Positions 9,157 to 19,426 of a DNA stretch of 64,000 nt are shown here, one piece after another. Under the pieces are notes generated by a model. It saw nothing but the letters and a program-made list of their open reading frames with translations. It searched no databases and was not told the DNA's origin. Source of the DNA: an uncultured Saprospiraceae bacterium. GTDB taxonomy: Bacteria; Bacteroidota; Bacteroidia; Chitinophagales; Saprospiraceae. The stretch lies in assembly GCA_964441245.1 (NCBI GenBank), contig CAYTVR010000004.1, positions 15,119-79,118 on the forward strand, in the 5' to 3' direction. Within the stretch, counting starts at the first letter, position 1, and the number at the start of each line of letters is the position of its first letter. A program made the position numbers and the translations under genes.

Positions 9157-10377
9157 ATGGACAAGCGCCTTATATATTTAGACAATAACGCTACTACTCC
9201 TTGTGACCCTAGAGTGGTAGATGAAATGATTCCGTTTTTCTATGAAAAACATGGAAATGCTGCGAGTAGAAATCATCCTTTTGGTTGGGCTGCGGAAGAA
9301 GCAGTTGATTATGCAAGAGATCAAGTTGCTCAATTATTGAATGTAGATGGTAAAGAAATCATCTTTACTTCTGGAGCTACAGAATCTGACAATCTAGCTC
9401 TCAAAGGTGTGTTTGAAATGTATCGCCGAAAAGGGAATCATATCATCACATTGAAGACGGAGCATAAAGCAGTTTTAGATGCTTGCCAAAAAATCGAGAC
9501 AATGGGTGGTGAGGTAACTTATCTAGATGTGGATAGAGAAGGCTTGGTTAATTTGGAAGAATTAGAAGCGGCAATCAAAGACAATACGATTTTGATTTCT
9601 ATCATGTGGGCCAATAATGAAACTGGAGTGATCCAGCCGATGAAAGCGATTGGTGATATTTGTAAAAAACATGGAGTACTTTTCATGAGTGATGCCACTC
9701 AAGCTGTTGGAAAGATTCCAACTAACCCAAAGGAAGTGGGTGTTCACTTAATGGCTTTTACTGGTCATAAAATGTATGGTCCTAAAGGTGTTGGTGCTCT
9801 ATTTGTGAATCGTAAAAATCCACGAGTAAAGGTAACGGCTCAAATGGATGGTGGTGGCCACGAAAGAGGCATGCGATCTGGAACCTTGAATGTACCTGGG
9901 ATTGTTGGGATGGGTAAAGCTGCTGAAATCGCAAGAAAAGAAATGGCGCAGGATGCAGAACGTTTATCTAAATTAAGAGACAAGTTGCAAACTGCTTTGC
10001 AAAATGCAATGGAAGAAGTTTATATCAACGGTAGCGAGGAACACCGAATGCCTCACGTTACCAATATATCTTTCAAACATGTCGAAGGAGAAGGCTTGAT
10101 GATGACCTTTAATCAAAATATTGGTCTGTCTTCTGGATCTGCTTGTACTTCAGCATCATTGGAACCATCCTATGTTTTGATTGCTTTAGGACTTGGAGAT
10201 GACTTAGCACATTCTTCTTTAAGATTTAGTTTGGGTCGTTTTACAACGGAAGAAGAAATTGATTATACGATCAAGGCAATTACTGACGGGGTAAATCACA
10301 TGCGTGAGTTGAGCCCAATTTGGGAAATGTATAAAGAAGGTATTGATTTAGAATCAATCGAATGGTCAGAGCACTAA
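9157..10377 (+). CDS. iscS: Cysteine desulfurase IscS (class I, PLP-dependent)
   Basis: [10 protein letters not shown] start, [10 protein letters not shown], the HK PLP-lysine region ([11 protein letters not shown]) and the active-site loop SSGSACTS. Confidence 0.92.
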   Translation: MDKRLIYLDNNATTPCDPRVVDEMIPFFYEKHGNAASRNHPFGWAAEEAVDYARDQVAQLLNVDGKEIIFTSGATESDNLALKGVFEMYRRKGNHIITLKTEHKAVLDACQKIETMGGEVTYLDVDREGLVNLEELEAAIKDNTILISIMWANNETGVIQPMKAIGDICKKHGVLFMSDATQAVGKIPTNPKEVGVHLMAFTGHKMYGPKGVGALFVNRKNPRVKVTAQMDGGGHERGMRSGTLNVPGIVGMGKAAEIARKEMAQDAERLSKLRDKLQTALQNAMEEVYINGSEEHRMPHVTNISFKHVEGEGLMMTFNQNIGLSSGSACTSASLEPSYVLIALGLGDDLAHSSLRFSLGRFTTEEEIDYTIKAITDGVNHMRELSPIWEMYKEGIDLESIEWSEH

Positions 10378-10434
10378 TCTGTTCTGCCTTTCGGCAAACG
10401 AAATAAAATTTAAAATAATTTAAAAATATCAATC

Positions 10435-10851
10435 ATGGCTTATTCAAATAAAGTTTTAGAACACTTCAAAAATCCAAAAAACGTTGGAACTTTAGATAAA
10501 AGTAGCAAGACTGTTGGTACTGGTCTAGTAGGTGCACCTGAATGTGGTGACGTGATGCGATTACAAATCGAAGTGGATGATGAAAGCGGTGTGATCAAAG
10601 ATGCTAAATTCAAAACCTTTGGTTGTGGTTCAGCGATTGCTTCTTCTTCTTTAGCTACTGAATGGTTAAAAGGAAAGACAGTTGACGAAGCTTTGAAAAT
10701 CGACAATATGGATATCGTTGAAGAATTGGCTTTACCACCAGTGAAAATTCACTGTTCTGTATTAGCTGAGGATGCAATCAAAAGTGCCATTGCTGATTAT
10801 CAAACTAAAAATGGTATTGAAGTTTCTGAAGAAACAAAATCACATCATTAA
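10435..10851 (+). CDS. iscU: Fe-S cluster assembly scaffold IscU
   Basis: GAPECGDVMRLQI, FKTFGCGSAIASSS and IHCSVLAEDAIK carry the three conserved Cys and the LPPVK motif. Confidence 0.92.
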   Translation: MAYSNKVLEHFKNPKNVGTLDKSSKTVGTGLVGAPECGDVMRLQIEVDDESGVIKDAKFKTFGCGSAIASSSLATEWLKGKTVDEALKIDNMDIVEELALPPVKIHCSVLAEDAIKSAIADYQTKNGIEVSEETKSHH

Positions 10852-10956
10852 TTTAGTTTAGTGTTGAGGTGTTAATATATTTTGGTGTTCTAGTTCGTTC
10901 TTTCGAGAAAAACGTGAGCACTTGGAAATCTTAACAACACATGAAAATTTAATATT

Positions 10957-11286
10957 ATGGTTTTTGTAGCAGATAGTGCAAAAGATAAAATTACAGAACT
11001 CTTTCAACAAGAGAACTTGACGGATGATGGTTACTTCGTGCGGGTGAGCGTTGTGAGTGGTGGTTGTTCAGGTTTATCCTACAAGATGGATTTTGACAAT
11101 GAAAGTCAACCTAACGATCAAGTATTTGATGACAATGGAGTTAAAGTGGTTTGTGATTTAAAGAGTTTCTTATATCTCTGTAATACTACTTTGGAATTTT
11201 CTGGCGGACTGAACGGAAAAGGATTTTATTTTAATAATCCAAATGCGGCTCGGGAGTGTGGATGTGGCGAGAGTTTTGCGGTCTAA
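10957..11286 (+). CDS. iscA: A-type Fe-S cluster carrier (IscA/HesB family)
   Basis: VSGGCSGLSY and the C-terminal CGCGESF motif. Confidence 0.88.
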   Translation: MVFVADSAKDKITELFQQENLTDDGYFVRVSVVSGGCSGLSYKMDFDNESQPNDQVFDDNGVKVVCDLKSFLYLCNTTLEFSGGLNGKGFYFNNPNAARECGCGESFAV

Positions 11287-11310
11287 ATTTTTCCATTAAA
11301 ATATTGTTTT

Positions 11311-11347
11311 AAAAAAGCTATTTGGGATTTCCAAATAGCTTTTTTTA
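11311..11347. terminator. Bidirectional rho-independent terminator
   Basis: The agctatttgg / ccaaatagct stem (11316-11325 / 11331-11340) is flanked by an A-run and a T-run. It lies between convergent iscA (+) and the SDR gene (-). Confidence 0.75.
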
Positions 11348-11396
11348 TTGGCTAAGGATCATGAAAACAATAACTTATAACAGTTTGAATCGCGTT

Positions 11397-12197
11397 TTAA
11401 GTCACTGCTGAACGTCGGACCACTCGATGAAGTAAAGCAGGAAACCATCGTTTTAAATAAACCGCTAAAGTTTCTTTCCCTCCAATATAGGCTTCATATT
11501 TTTCTTCCCTTAAAGCAGCTGCAATTCTAGCTGCACATTCTGCTGGCGACATTCCTTTTCCAGTGGCATCATCCATTGAGTTTTGTGCAGATCCATCCTT
11601 GGTCAATGCATTCATCGAAATATTCGTCTTAATAAACCCAGGACAAATCAAAGTGACCTTGATATTATCGTCTTCGTGTTCCATTCGAATGGCATCAAAA
11701 AAACCATGAACAGCATGCTTGGCTCCACAATATCCGGAACGCATAGGAGACGCGAATTTCCCCATCAAACTAGTGACTGCTGCAAAATGACCACTTTGTT
11801 GTTTTATAAAAACAGGTAACACTGCTAAACTTAAAGCAACTGTTCCTAGATAATCAATATCGACCAATCGTTTGTATACAGAAAAGTCTGTGTCTTTGGC
11901 AAGAGATCTTTGGCTGATTCCACCATTGTTAATCAGTACATCAATTCGGCCAAAATGATCCATGGCTATTTTGACTTTATCTTTCATTTCCTCATGATTG
12001 GCTAAATCCAAAGGCAATACCAATACGTCTTCATCTGGTAAATCACAATTATCTTTGACTCGTTGCAACTCTTTTTCTCGCCGAGCGGATAAAATTAATT
12101 TACTACCACTTTTTACAAACTGAAGAGCTAATGCTTCACCAATTCCTGATGATGCTCCTGTAATCCAAACCACTTTATTTTTAAAGGTACTATCCAT
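11397..12197 (-). CDS. SDR family oxidoreductase
   Basis: TGASSGIGEA cofactor motif, NNGG, and the YCGAK catalytic Tyr-x3-Lys. Confidence 0.85.
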   Translation of the reverse strand: MDSTFKNKVVWITGASSGIGEALALQFVKSGSKLILSARREKELQRVKDNCDLPDEDVLVLPLDLANHEEMKDKVKIAMDHFGRIDVLINNGGISQRSLAKDTDFSVYKRLVDIDYLGTVALSLAVLPVFIKQQSGHFAAVTSLMGKFASPMRSGYCGAKHAVHGFFDAIRMEHEDDNIKVTLICPGFIKTNISMNALTKDGSAQNSMDDATGKGMSPAECAARIAAALREEKYEAYIGGKETLAVYLKRWFPALLHRVVRRSAVT

Positions 12198-12383
12198 AGA
12201 ATTCTAAAATTTTAATACGTTTATACAATTTCAAGTATCATAAAAACATTATTTTATCATAAGTAAAATTTTTCAACAAAATCATAAAGCATGAAATTAA
12301 AGAAAAAAATATTCCCTATCTCATTTATTAGCTGTCTTTTTCTTTCTTGCAGAAACAGATTTTCGTTGGAAATGATAGAGTGA

Positions 12384-13154
12384 TTATTTTTTCCTCGTCA
12401 ATCGGCCTTCTAAAAAGGTACGTGCTTTTTTTCTTCTGTTCAAAAAAAGTTGTTTTAACGAAAATAAATGCACCGCGAAAGCAAAGGGCAGAATAAAACC
12501 AGGAATCCAAATAAAAGGAAAATGAGCTATAAAGATATTGGCTGGCTCATTCATAAAGACTCGAAAGGAAGAAGGAGCAGAAAGAACCGCGATTAGAATT
12601 ACATTCAACAACAAAGTTAGTCCTGAGATATTCCAGATAATTGCTTCGGACCGTAAATATCGCCCTCTATAAAAAAAAGTAAAGCCTGCTAATAAGGCAG
12701 TTATCCCAACAAGTATATCAAAATTGAATCCTTCAAAAGTCATTTGAAAAGGTACAAAGCCTCCGAGATATCCCATCCACAATATCAATTCCATTGGAAT
12801 TCTAAATCCTTGGATATAGATCATCCAACTTATCGGCACCTCTTTTAGTAGTTCGTTGAAAAATTTTGAAAATAGTAGAAAAATGGTCAGTGCTACTGGT
12901 GGTACAACTGCCCAGATTATTCTTGAAGGTAGGTTAGTCGTGTCATAAAAAAATCCAGCATAAGACATTAAGCCCAGAAAAGACAACCAAAAGAAAAATC
13001 CTAAACCAACATAAATCAAGAGCTTTTTCAGCTTAAGCGCATCTGTCTCCTTTTTTGTGTAAACAAAATGAATCGCGTAAAGCACACTAGCAACCAAAGC
13101 CAATACTATAAGTACGACAAATACTTGAGATAAGAAGTAGATCCTTTGGTTCAT
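12384..13154 (-). CDS. Hypothetical polytopic membrane protein
   Basis: About 7 hydrophobic segments across 256 aa. No family recognised. Confidence 0.5.
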   Translation of the reverse strand: MNQRIYFLSQVFVVLIVLALVASVLYAIHFVYTKKETDALKLKKLLIYVGLGFFFWLSFLGLMSYAGFFYDTTNLPSRIIWAVVPPVALTIFLLFSKFFNELLKEVPISWMIYIQGFRIPMELILWMGYLGGFVPFQMTFEGFNFDILVGITALLAGFTFFYRGRYLRSEAIIWNISGLTLLLNVILIAVLSAPSSFRVFMNEPANIFIAHFPFIWIPGFILPFAFAVHLFSLKQLFLNRRKKARTFLEGRLTRKK

Positions 13155-13279
13155 TTAATCTTTGTACAAAATTGTCCTATTGATTGATGGTCGAAAAAAA
13201 TTATCAAGTATTCACTTTTAAAGCTTCACTTTATTAAAAAAAATGTTGGTTCGTCAAAATCCTTATGCTTTTCGTCTGT

Positions 13280-15352
13280 CTAATATTTCAACAAGGCTCC
13301 TATCGCTACGTCTACTTTTTCTATCGAAGGAATCATGGTCTCTTCTAAGATGGAATTCAATGGAATTGCAGGCATATTTTCAGAGCCAATCGTTCGCACA
13401 GGTGCATCTAAATATTCAAAGCAATGTTCTTGAATTCGAGCAGCAATGCTTTGTGAAAAAGAATTGTTGACAGGCTCTTCCGTAAGCACTAAACAACGAT
13501 GGTGTTTCCGAACAGATTCATAAATCGTTTCTTCATCCAATGGATGTAAAGTTCGTAAATCCACTATTTCTACTTGCCCTGGATAATTTTTTGAAGCATT
13601 CAAAGCCCAATGTACCCCCATTCCATAAGTGATAATGGTCATAGCATTTCCACTTTCAATATTTTCAGCATTAGCCTCTTGTACGATACGGGCTTTCCCA
13701 AAAGGAATCACATAATCTTCATCAGGCTCAATTGTTCGGGCTGCCTCTGTTCCGCTAATTTTTGACCAATACAGACCTTTGTGTTCAAAAATTACGACTG
13801 GGTTGGGATCATGATAAGCTGATTTCATCAAACCTTTCAAATCTGCACCATTGCTCGGATAGGCAATTTTCAAACCTCGGATATTACAAACTACAGACTC
13901 AACGCTAGAAGAATGATAAGGTCCTCCACTTCCATAAGCTCCAATCGGCACTCGTAAAATCATACTCACTGGCCATTTTCCATTGGACAAATAACAAGAC
14001 CGACTTACTTCCGTAAATAATTGATTTAAACCCGGCCAGATATAATCAGCAAATTGAACTTCCACTATTGGTTTTAATCCAACTGCAGACATACCAACGG
14101 TACTACCAATAATAAAAGCTTCTTGAATGGGTGTATTGAAAACACGATTGTCTCCAAATTTTTGCGCCAGTGTCGCCGCCTCTCTAAAGACACCACCTAA
14201 ACGGCCTCCAACATCTTGTCCATATAAAAGACATTCTGGATATTGTTTCATTAATTCTTCAACAGCGAATAGTGCACAGTCGACCATGACTACTTTATCT
14301 TTTTTTCCAACAGGCTCCCGGATTCCTTTTTCCTCAAGGATAGGAGTTGGCGCAAAATCATGGGTAAATAAATCCTCAGGTTGAGGATCATCGGCTTTCA
14401 TAGCTTTCACTAAATCTTCTTCCACTTTTTGACGTGCTTCTTTCTCTATCTTCTCAATAGCCTTTTTTGTGACTCCTTCTGATAACAATTGTTGAATGAA
14501 TAAAGGATAAGGATCACGCAAAGATTGTTCTTCCAAATCATCTCGGTACCATTCTTTTCGAACGCCTGAAGTATGGTGATTCAATAAAGGAACTTTTGCA
14601 TGAACTAAAAAGGGTCGTCGTTCTTTACGTATGGTGGCGATTACTTTTTTGATGGCTTGCCAAGATGCTACAAAATCACTTCCATTGATCGTTACCACTT
14701 CAATACCAGGAAAACCTTTGGCATATTCCGTGGCATCCGCGTGACGTATCTCAGCCGCATTCGCTGAAATATCCCATTCATTATCTTCTACTAAATAAAG
14801 AATGGGTAATTGTTTTAATGAGGCCATTTGAAATGCTTCCGACACTTCTCCTTCCGTAATGGAAGCATCACCAAAACAGCATACAACAATTGGGTTTTCT
14901 TTTTTGACTTTCGTCAAACCTGTTTTTTCTTTATACTGTAAACCCATAGCAATGCCCGTAGTCGGGATACCTTGCATCCCTGTGGCAGAAGATTGATGAG
15001 GTATTTTAGGTTTGTCTTCTTCCTTCAAGCTTGGATGAGCGTAGTAGGATCGCCCTGCAGAAAATGGGTCTGATTTTTTTGCAAGCAATTGCAACATTAG
15101 ATCGTAAGGCTCCATTCCTATAGCTAATAATAACGCATCATCTCTATAATAAGGAGAAACAAAATCCTGTGCTTTTAATTGTAGTCCCAAGGCTAATTGG
15201 ACTGCTTCATGTCCACGAGAAGTTGCATGAACGTATTTGGATACTACTTTGAAATTTTCTTCATATACCTCCGTCATTGATTTAGCCGTAGCCATCAATC
15301 GAAATCCTTTTAATAAAATGTCCTTAGCAATCATTCTTTTAGTCTTAATCAT
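13280..15352 (-). CDS. Fused alpha/beta E1 component of a 2-oxoacid (branched-chain-type) dehydrogenase, TPP-dependent
   Basis: The N-terminal half resembles E1-alpha (GDASITEGEVSEAFQ TPP motif). The C-terminal half resembles E1-beta (FNTPIQEAFIIGSTVGMS...EVQFADYIWP). This fused architecture is common in Bacteroidota. Confidence 0.85.
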   Translation of the reverse strand: MIKTKRMIAKDILLKGFRLMATAKSMTEVYEENFKVVSKYVHATSRGHEAVQLALGLQLKAQDFVSPYYRDDALLLAIGMEPYDLMLQLLAKKSDPFSAGRSYYAHPSLKEEDKPKIPHQSSATGMQGIPTTGIAMGLQYKEKTGLTKVKKENPIVVCCFGDASITEGEVSEAFQMASLKQLPILYLVEDNEWDISANAAEIRHADATEYAKGFPGIEVVTINGSDFVASWQAIKKVIATIRKERRPFLVHAKVPLLNHHTSGVRKEWYRDDLEEQSLRDPYPLFIQQLLSEGVTKKAIEKIEKEARQKVEEDLVKAMKADDPQPEDLFTHDFAPTPILEEKGIREPVGKKDKVVMVDCALFAVEELMKQYPECLLYGQDVGGRLGGVFREAATLAQKFGDNRVFNTPIQEAFIIGSTVGMSAVGLKPIVEVQFADYIWPGLNQLFTEVSRSCYLSNGKWPVSMILRVPIGAYGSGGPYHSSSVESVVCNIRGLKIAYPSNGADLKGLMKSAYHDPNPVVIFEHKGLYWSKISGTEAARTIEPDEDYVIPFGKARIVQEANAENIESGNAMTIITYGMGVHWALNASKNYPGQVEIVDLRTLHPLDEETIYESVRKHHRCLVLTEEPVNNSFSQSIAARIQEHCFEYLDAPVRTIGSENMPAIPLNSILEETMIPSIEKVDVAIGALLKY

Positions 15353-15561
15353 TCTTCAGATATTTTATTGTGATAAACTACTATACCTATATTGCTTTAA
15401 TACGTTGTAATTTGAATGACACACTCTTTCAGTTGTACCTCTATTTATAATTTTGAATGAAAAACAATCGAACTTTGGATAGCTCTGTAAGAGAGAAATA
15501 TAGCAAATTAGGACTATTCAAAATCCAGGCATTCAAAGTGAAAAATATAGCTTACAATGTA

Positions 15562-16335
15562 TTAGACTTTCTTTTTAAATTTATTAATTGCCTTTCGGCT
15601 AAATTCTGAGAGCACCAATTGTCCACTCATCGCTGCTCTTTCGTCTAGCAATTCATCCCAATGTTCAGTTCCTTGCCAAAAAGCTTTTTTCATTAATTTC
15701 ATGGATTCGGGATTTGATAAGGCCAACTTCTCTGCTAGTGTTTGAATGGCTTCATCCATTTCCTCGATGGAGTCATGTAGTTGAGCATATAATCCTTTGT
15801 CGAGTGCCCAATTAGCGGATTGCCATTCTGTAGCATTAATAGCCAATTGACTCATTGCGGAAACGCCCATTTTTCGTTTAACTGCAGGGCCAACAACAAA
15901 AGGACCGATTCCTATAGCTAACTCACTCAGTTTAACCGCTGCATATTTTGTAGCCAAGCAGTAATCTGTTGCAGAAGCGACTCCTACTCCTCCACCTACT
16001 GCTTTTCCTTGAACTCGTCCAATGATAAATTTAGGACATTTGCGACAAGCATTAATCACATTTGCAAAACCTAGAAAAAATTCCTTCCCTGTTTTTAAAT
16101 CGTTGAGTGCGATTAATTCATCAAAACTTGCACCGGCACAAAAAGTACGATCACCACTACTTTGTAGTATAATGACTTTAATGGCAGAATCCTTTCCAGC
16201 TAATTCAATAGCATTAGTCAGTTGAGCTAATATACTTCCAGGAAGAGCGTTATGAGAAGGATGAAAAAATGTAATACGGGCAATACCGTTGTGATCTATT
16301 GAGGTGTCAACAGATCCAAGTTGCGTTTTATTCAT
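15562..16335 (-). CDS. Enoyl-CoA hydratase/isomerase (crotonase) family protein
   Basis: Crotonase-fold motifs FCAGASFDEL and GKAVGGGVGVASATDY. Confidence 0.8.
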   Translation of the reverse strand: MNKTQLGSVDTSIDHNGIARITFFHPSHNALPGSILAQLTNAIELAGKDSAIKVIILQSSGDRTFCAGASFDELIALNDLKTGKEFFLGFANVINACRKCPKFIIGRVQGKAVGGGVGVASATDYCLATKYAAVKLSELAIGIGPFVVGPAVKRKMGVSAMSQLAINATEWQSANWALDKGLYAQLHDSIEEMDEAIQTLAEKLALSNPESMKLMKKAFWQGTEHWDELLDERAAMSGQLVLSEFSRKAINKFKKKV

Positions 16336-16725
16336 TTTACTTAGTTAGGTACTATATTTGTTGTAAAGATAACTATTGTAAGAACTATTTCTAAATTTGA
16401 AGACTCCTGTGACAAGTTTATTTTTAGTTTTTTTTGAAAAGTAAGTATTTTTTGAAAAGTTTATTTTAGTATAAACTGTAAAAAAATCGTGATATTCTCC
16501 TATATCTATTGGACTTTTCGTTCAAAACTGCTTGCTTATTTAACCATTTAAACGTGTAAAAAAATCAATTTCATCTAAATTATAACATTTTTTTTGGCAT
16601 ATTCTTTGCAACTTTTTAAGTATCCTACCCCTCACAAATTTACCCTCCTTCTTACCTCCCAAAGAAATTCGGAATTACATTAATTCTATCACCATATTAT
16701 TTCATTAAATCTAAAATCCCATGAC

Positions 16726-16908
16726 ATGAAAAGATTAGCAAACCTAAGAAAAGAACTTCCAAAGAAATCGAAGTTGAATTCATTTCAGGTTAAAAACCTC
16801 AAAGGAGGAGCAGATAAGAACAAAAGAAAAGTTCGAGCGTCAGGCACTACTGCAAGCTCAACTCCTAATCCAGGATCTTTTGGTTCATACACTAGCTCTG
16901 GAGGTTAA
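16726..16908 (+). CDS. Small peptide with a double-glycine-type leader (putative RiPP/bacteriocin-like or signalling peptide precursor)
   Basis: The leader KLNSFQVKNLKGG has hydrophobic residues at -4, -7 and -12 relative to GG, as in double-glycine leaders. The 32-aa tail is Ser/Thr/Gly-rich and ends SSGG. The gene has its own downstream hairpin. Confidence 0.5.
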   Translation: MKRLANLRKELPKKSKLNSFQVKNLKGGADKNKRKVRASGTTASSTPNPGSFGSYTSSGG

Positions 16909-16954
16909 TTCAACCTATTTAAACTTCTTAAGTTTAAAGGAAGTACAGTTTAGT

Positions 16955-16988
16955 AAACGAATTAGGGTATTCATACTCTAATTCGTTT
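16955..16988 (+). terminator. Hairpin downstream of the peptide gene
   Basis: The aaacgaattag / ctaattcgttt 11-bp stem is followed by T-rich sequence. Confidence 0.5.
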
Positions 16989-17067
16989 TACTTAGTTTTT
17001 GACAAAACACTTTTGATGAATATTCACCACCTAAGAACTCCAAAACATCCAATGAATCATTAGTGTA

Positions 17068-19263
17068 ATGAGCATGAAAAAAAATAAAGAACTCTCTACT
17101 TCAAATCAAAGCTATTATCTTTTTTTATTGATAATGGTATTTTGCTATTGTAGCACCTCTATTTATGGAAAGAATTTAGATAGTCTGAAAATAGTAATCG
17201 ATCGAGAAACAAAAGATCAAAGTATGCTCTCTTTAGTAAAGCATGCTGCCAACCATTCTCATAAAGATTTAGATCTTGCTTTAGCCTACCTGAGTCTTGC
17301 TCGCGAAAATGCTTTGAAAGCAAACAATTACCACGACCTATTTGATATACAAAGAGAAACTGGTTTTGTATATGAAGAAAATAATCAATTGGAATCTTCT
17401 CTGGCTTCTTTCCAAGAAGCATTAGAAACGGCAGAAAGACTTAATAATCAAATCCTCAAAATCACCATTTATACTGACATCGCTGTACTCAATGAAAAGC
17501 TTGGCAAATATGCTATTGCAAAAGATTATCATGTTAAATCGATAAAAATTGCTCAAGATGAACATGATCTAGAGACGGTAGAAAATGCCTATCATGGATT
17601 AGGCTCATTATATGAACGAGTTGGTGACTATGATAAAGCTATTGAATATTATTTTCAATCACTAAAAATTGCAGAAAATCGAAAATCTGGATCTGGTGTC
17701 ATTATCACATTACAAAGTATTGCCGATACCTATAATCAAATTGGGAATGAAAAATTAGCCTTACAAACAATTGAAAAAGCATATAATAATGCTGTCCACT
17801 TAAAAGATCAAGTACTAATAGCCAATACGGCCTATGATTTTGGAAAAATTCTAAATGATCATGGCTCTTTAGATAAAGCCTTAGAAATGCAAATGGCTTC
17901 TTTAGAAACTTATCAAAAAATTCAAGATAAACCAGCTATCGCTAGAGGTTTAGTCAACGTTGGTGAAATATACACCAAGAAAAAAATGTTTATCCAAGCA
18001 AAAATGTATTTCAAAGAAGCCACCAAAGAAAAAGAATATCTTTCTATTTTAAATGATGCTGACTTGAATCATAAACTTGGTAATCTTTATTTGGAATTAA
18101 ATGATATCAATAAAAGCGAAGCTTCGTTTAAGAAAAGTTTAGAAATATCAACTGCAAACGAATTAAAAGAATTAGAATTAAAGAACAATTATAGCCTTTA
18201 TCAAATCAATGCAGACAAAGGAAATCATAAGGAATCATTAGCTTATCTGGAGACCTATATTGAGCATAACAATTACATGCTTAACCAGGAAAAAACTAAG
18301 CGAATTATTGAGATGCAGTTTAAATTTGACGTAGAGAAAAGTGATAAAGAAATTCAAAGTTTAATGCTTCGACAAAATAGGATATTCCTTTTAGGAACTG
18401 TACTAATGTTTACTTTTTTAATCTTATTCTTGATTTACATTATCAGATTAAAAGGTCAAAACAATACCAAACTTTTAAGAAAAAGCGAAGAGATCAAAGA
18501 TCAAAACATCCGTCTAGAAGAATCCAATGAAGTTTTAAAACAATTTGCTTACGTAGCAGCACACGATTTAAAAGAACCGCTCAGAAATATCGGAAGCTTT
18601 GTCAGTTTGATTCAAAAAAGATTTGGACATGAATTAAGTGATGAGGCCAATGAGTATATGAACTTTGTAACTAAAGGAGTCAAACGGATGAATAATCTTC
18701 TAGGAGACTTGCTACGCTACTCAAGAATAACAGAACAATCGGCAGAACAAGAGTTAATTGAACTTGATGATATACTAGAGGAAGTAACTTGTAATTTAAG
18801 AGAAAGAATTATCACAAGCAATGCTGTCGTTAAAACGCCACCACCTCTTCCACCTATTCGCATGAGTCGGATTCACTTGGTTCAAATTTTCCAAAACTTG
18901 ATGAGTAATGCTTTAAAATTTGTAGAAAAAGATCCTGTTATCATTATTGATGGAAATGTCAAAGACAATGAATTTATCATCAGTATCAGTGACAATGGAA
19001 TTGGGATTAACAAAGAATATGAGCATAAAATATTCAATCTATTTCATCAACTCAATAAACGAAAACAATACGAAGGAACTGGAATTGGTCTAACCATTTG
19101 TAAAAACATTGTAGACAAATACAATGGAAAAATCTGGTTTGAATCTGAGCAAGGAAAAGGAACTACCTTCTTTATTAGTTTGCCAATTAGTGTCATACAA
19201 AGCGAAGAAGAAAAGGCCAATAATGCGCAAGAACTGAAGTTAGAATTAGCGAAAGCTAATTAG
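17068..19263 (+). CDS. TPR-repeat sensor histidine kinase (single TM, HisKA + HATPase_c)
   Basis: Long TPR region, a TM helix (IFLLGTVLMFTFLILFLIYII), the H-box FAYVAAHDLKEPLR, N-box and G-boxes (DNGIGI, GTGIGL). No response regulator lies adjacent. Confidence 0.88.
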   Translation: MSMKKNKELSTSNQSYYLFLLIMVFCYCSTSIYGKNLDSLKIVIDRETKDQSMLSLVKHAANHSHKDLDLALAYLSLARENALKANNYHDLFDIQRETGFVYEENNQLESSLASFQEALETAERLNNQILKITIYTDIAVLNEKLGKYAIAKDYHVKSIKIAQDEHDLETVENAYHGLGSLYERVGDYDKAIEYYFQSLKIAENRKSGSGVIITLQSIADTYNQIGNEKLALQTIEKAYNNAVHLKDQVLIANTAYDFGKILNDHGSLDKALEMQMASLETYQKIQDKPAIARGLVNVGEIYTKKKMFIQAKMYFKEATKEKEYLSILNDADLNHKLGNLYLELNDINKSEASFKKSLEISTANELKELELKNNYSLYQINADKGNHKESLAYLETYIEHNNYMLNQEKTKRIIEMQFKFDVEKSDKEIQSLMLRQNRIFLLGTVLMFTFLILFLIYIIRLKGQNNTKLLRKSEEIKDQNIRLEESNEVLKQFAYVAAHDLKEPLRNIGSFVSLIQKRFGHELSDEANEYMNFVTKGVKRMNNLLGDLLRYSRITEQSAEQELIELDDILEEVTCNLRERIITSNAVVKTPPPLPPIRMSRIHLVQIFQNLMSNALKFVEKDPVIIIDGNVKDNEFIISISDNGIGINKEYEHKIFNLFHQLNKRKQYEGTGIGLTICKNIVDKYNGKIWFESEQGKGTTFFISLPISVIQSEEEKANNAQELKLELAKAN

Positions 19264-19316
19264 GGCTTCTCTAAATTTTAACTTTCTAAGAACCAATTTT
19301 TCATGAACCTCGCCTT

Positions 19317-19357
19317 ATAAAAAATAATATTCTCGATTTATCGAGAATATTATTTTT
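19317..19357. terminator. Bidirectional rho-independent terminator
   Basis: Long perfect stem aaaaaataatattctcga / tcgagaatattatttttt between the convergent kinase (+) and MBL (-) genes. Confidence 0.75.
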
Positions 19358-19426
19358 TAGTTCACCAGAACCATAGGCTATTGATTTTTGATGAAAAAAA
19401 TTTAAACAAGCTTTTAAAGAAAACCA

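Noticed and set aside
10381-10400. Short GCCTTTCGGC mini-hairpins recurring at about 10386, 27778 and 34596, as a third repeat family
   Set aside because: Only about 10-20 nt are shared, and the stems are 3-4 bp. This is too short to separate from chance or generic hairpins without genome-wide counts.
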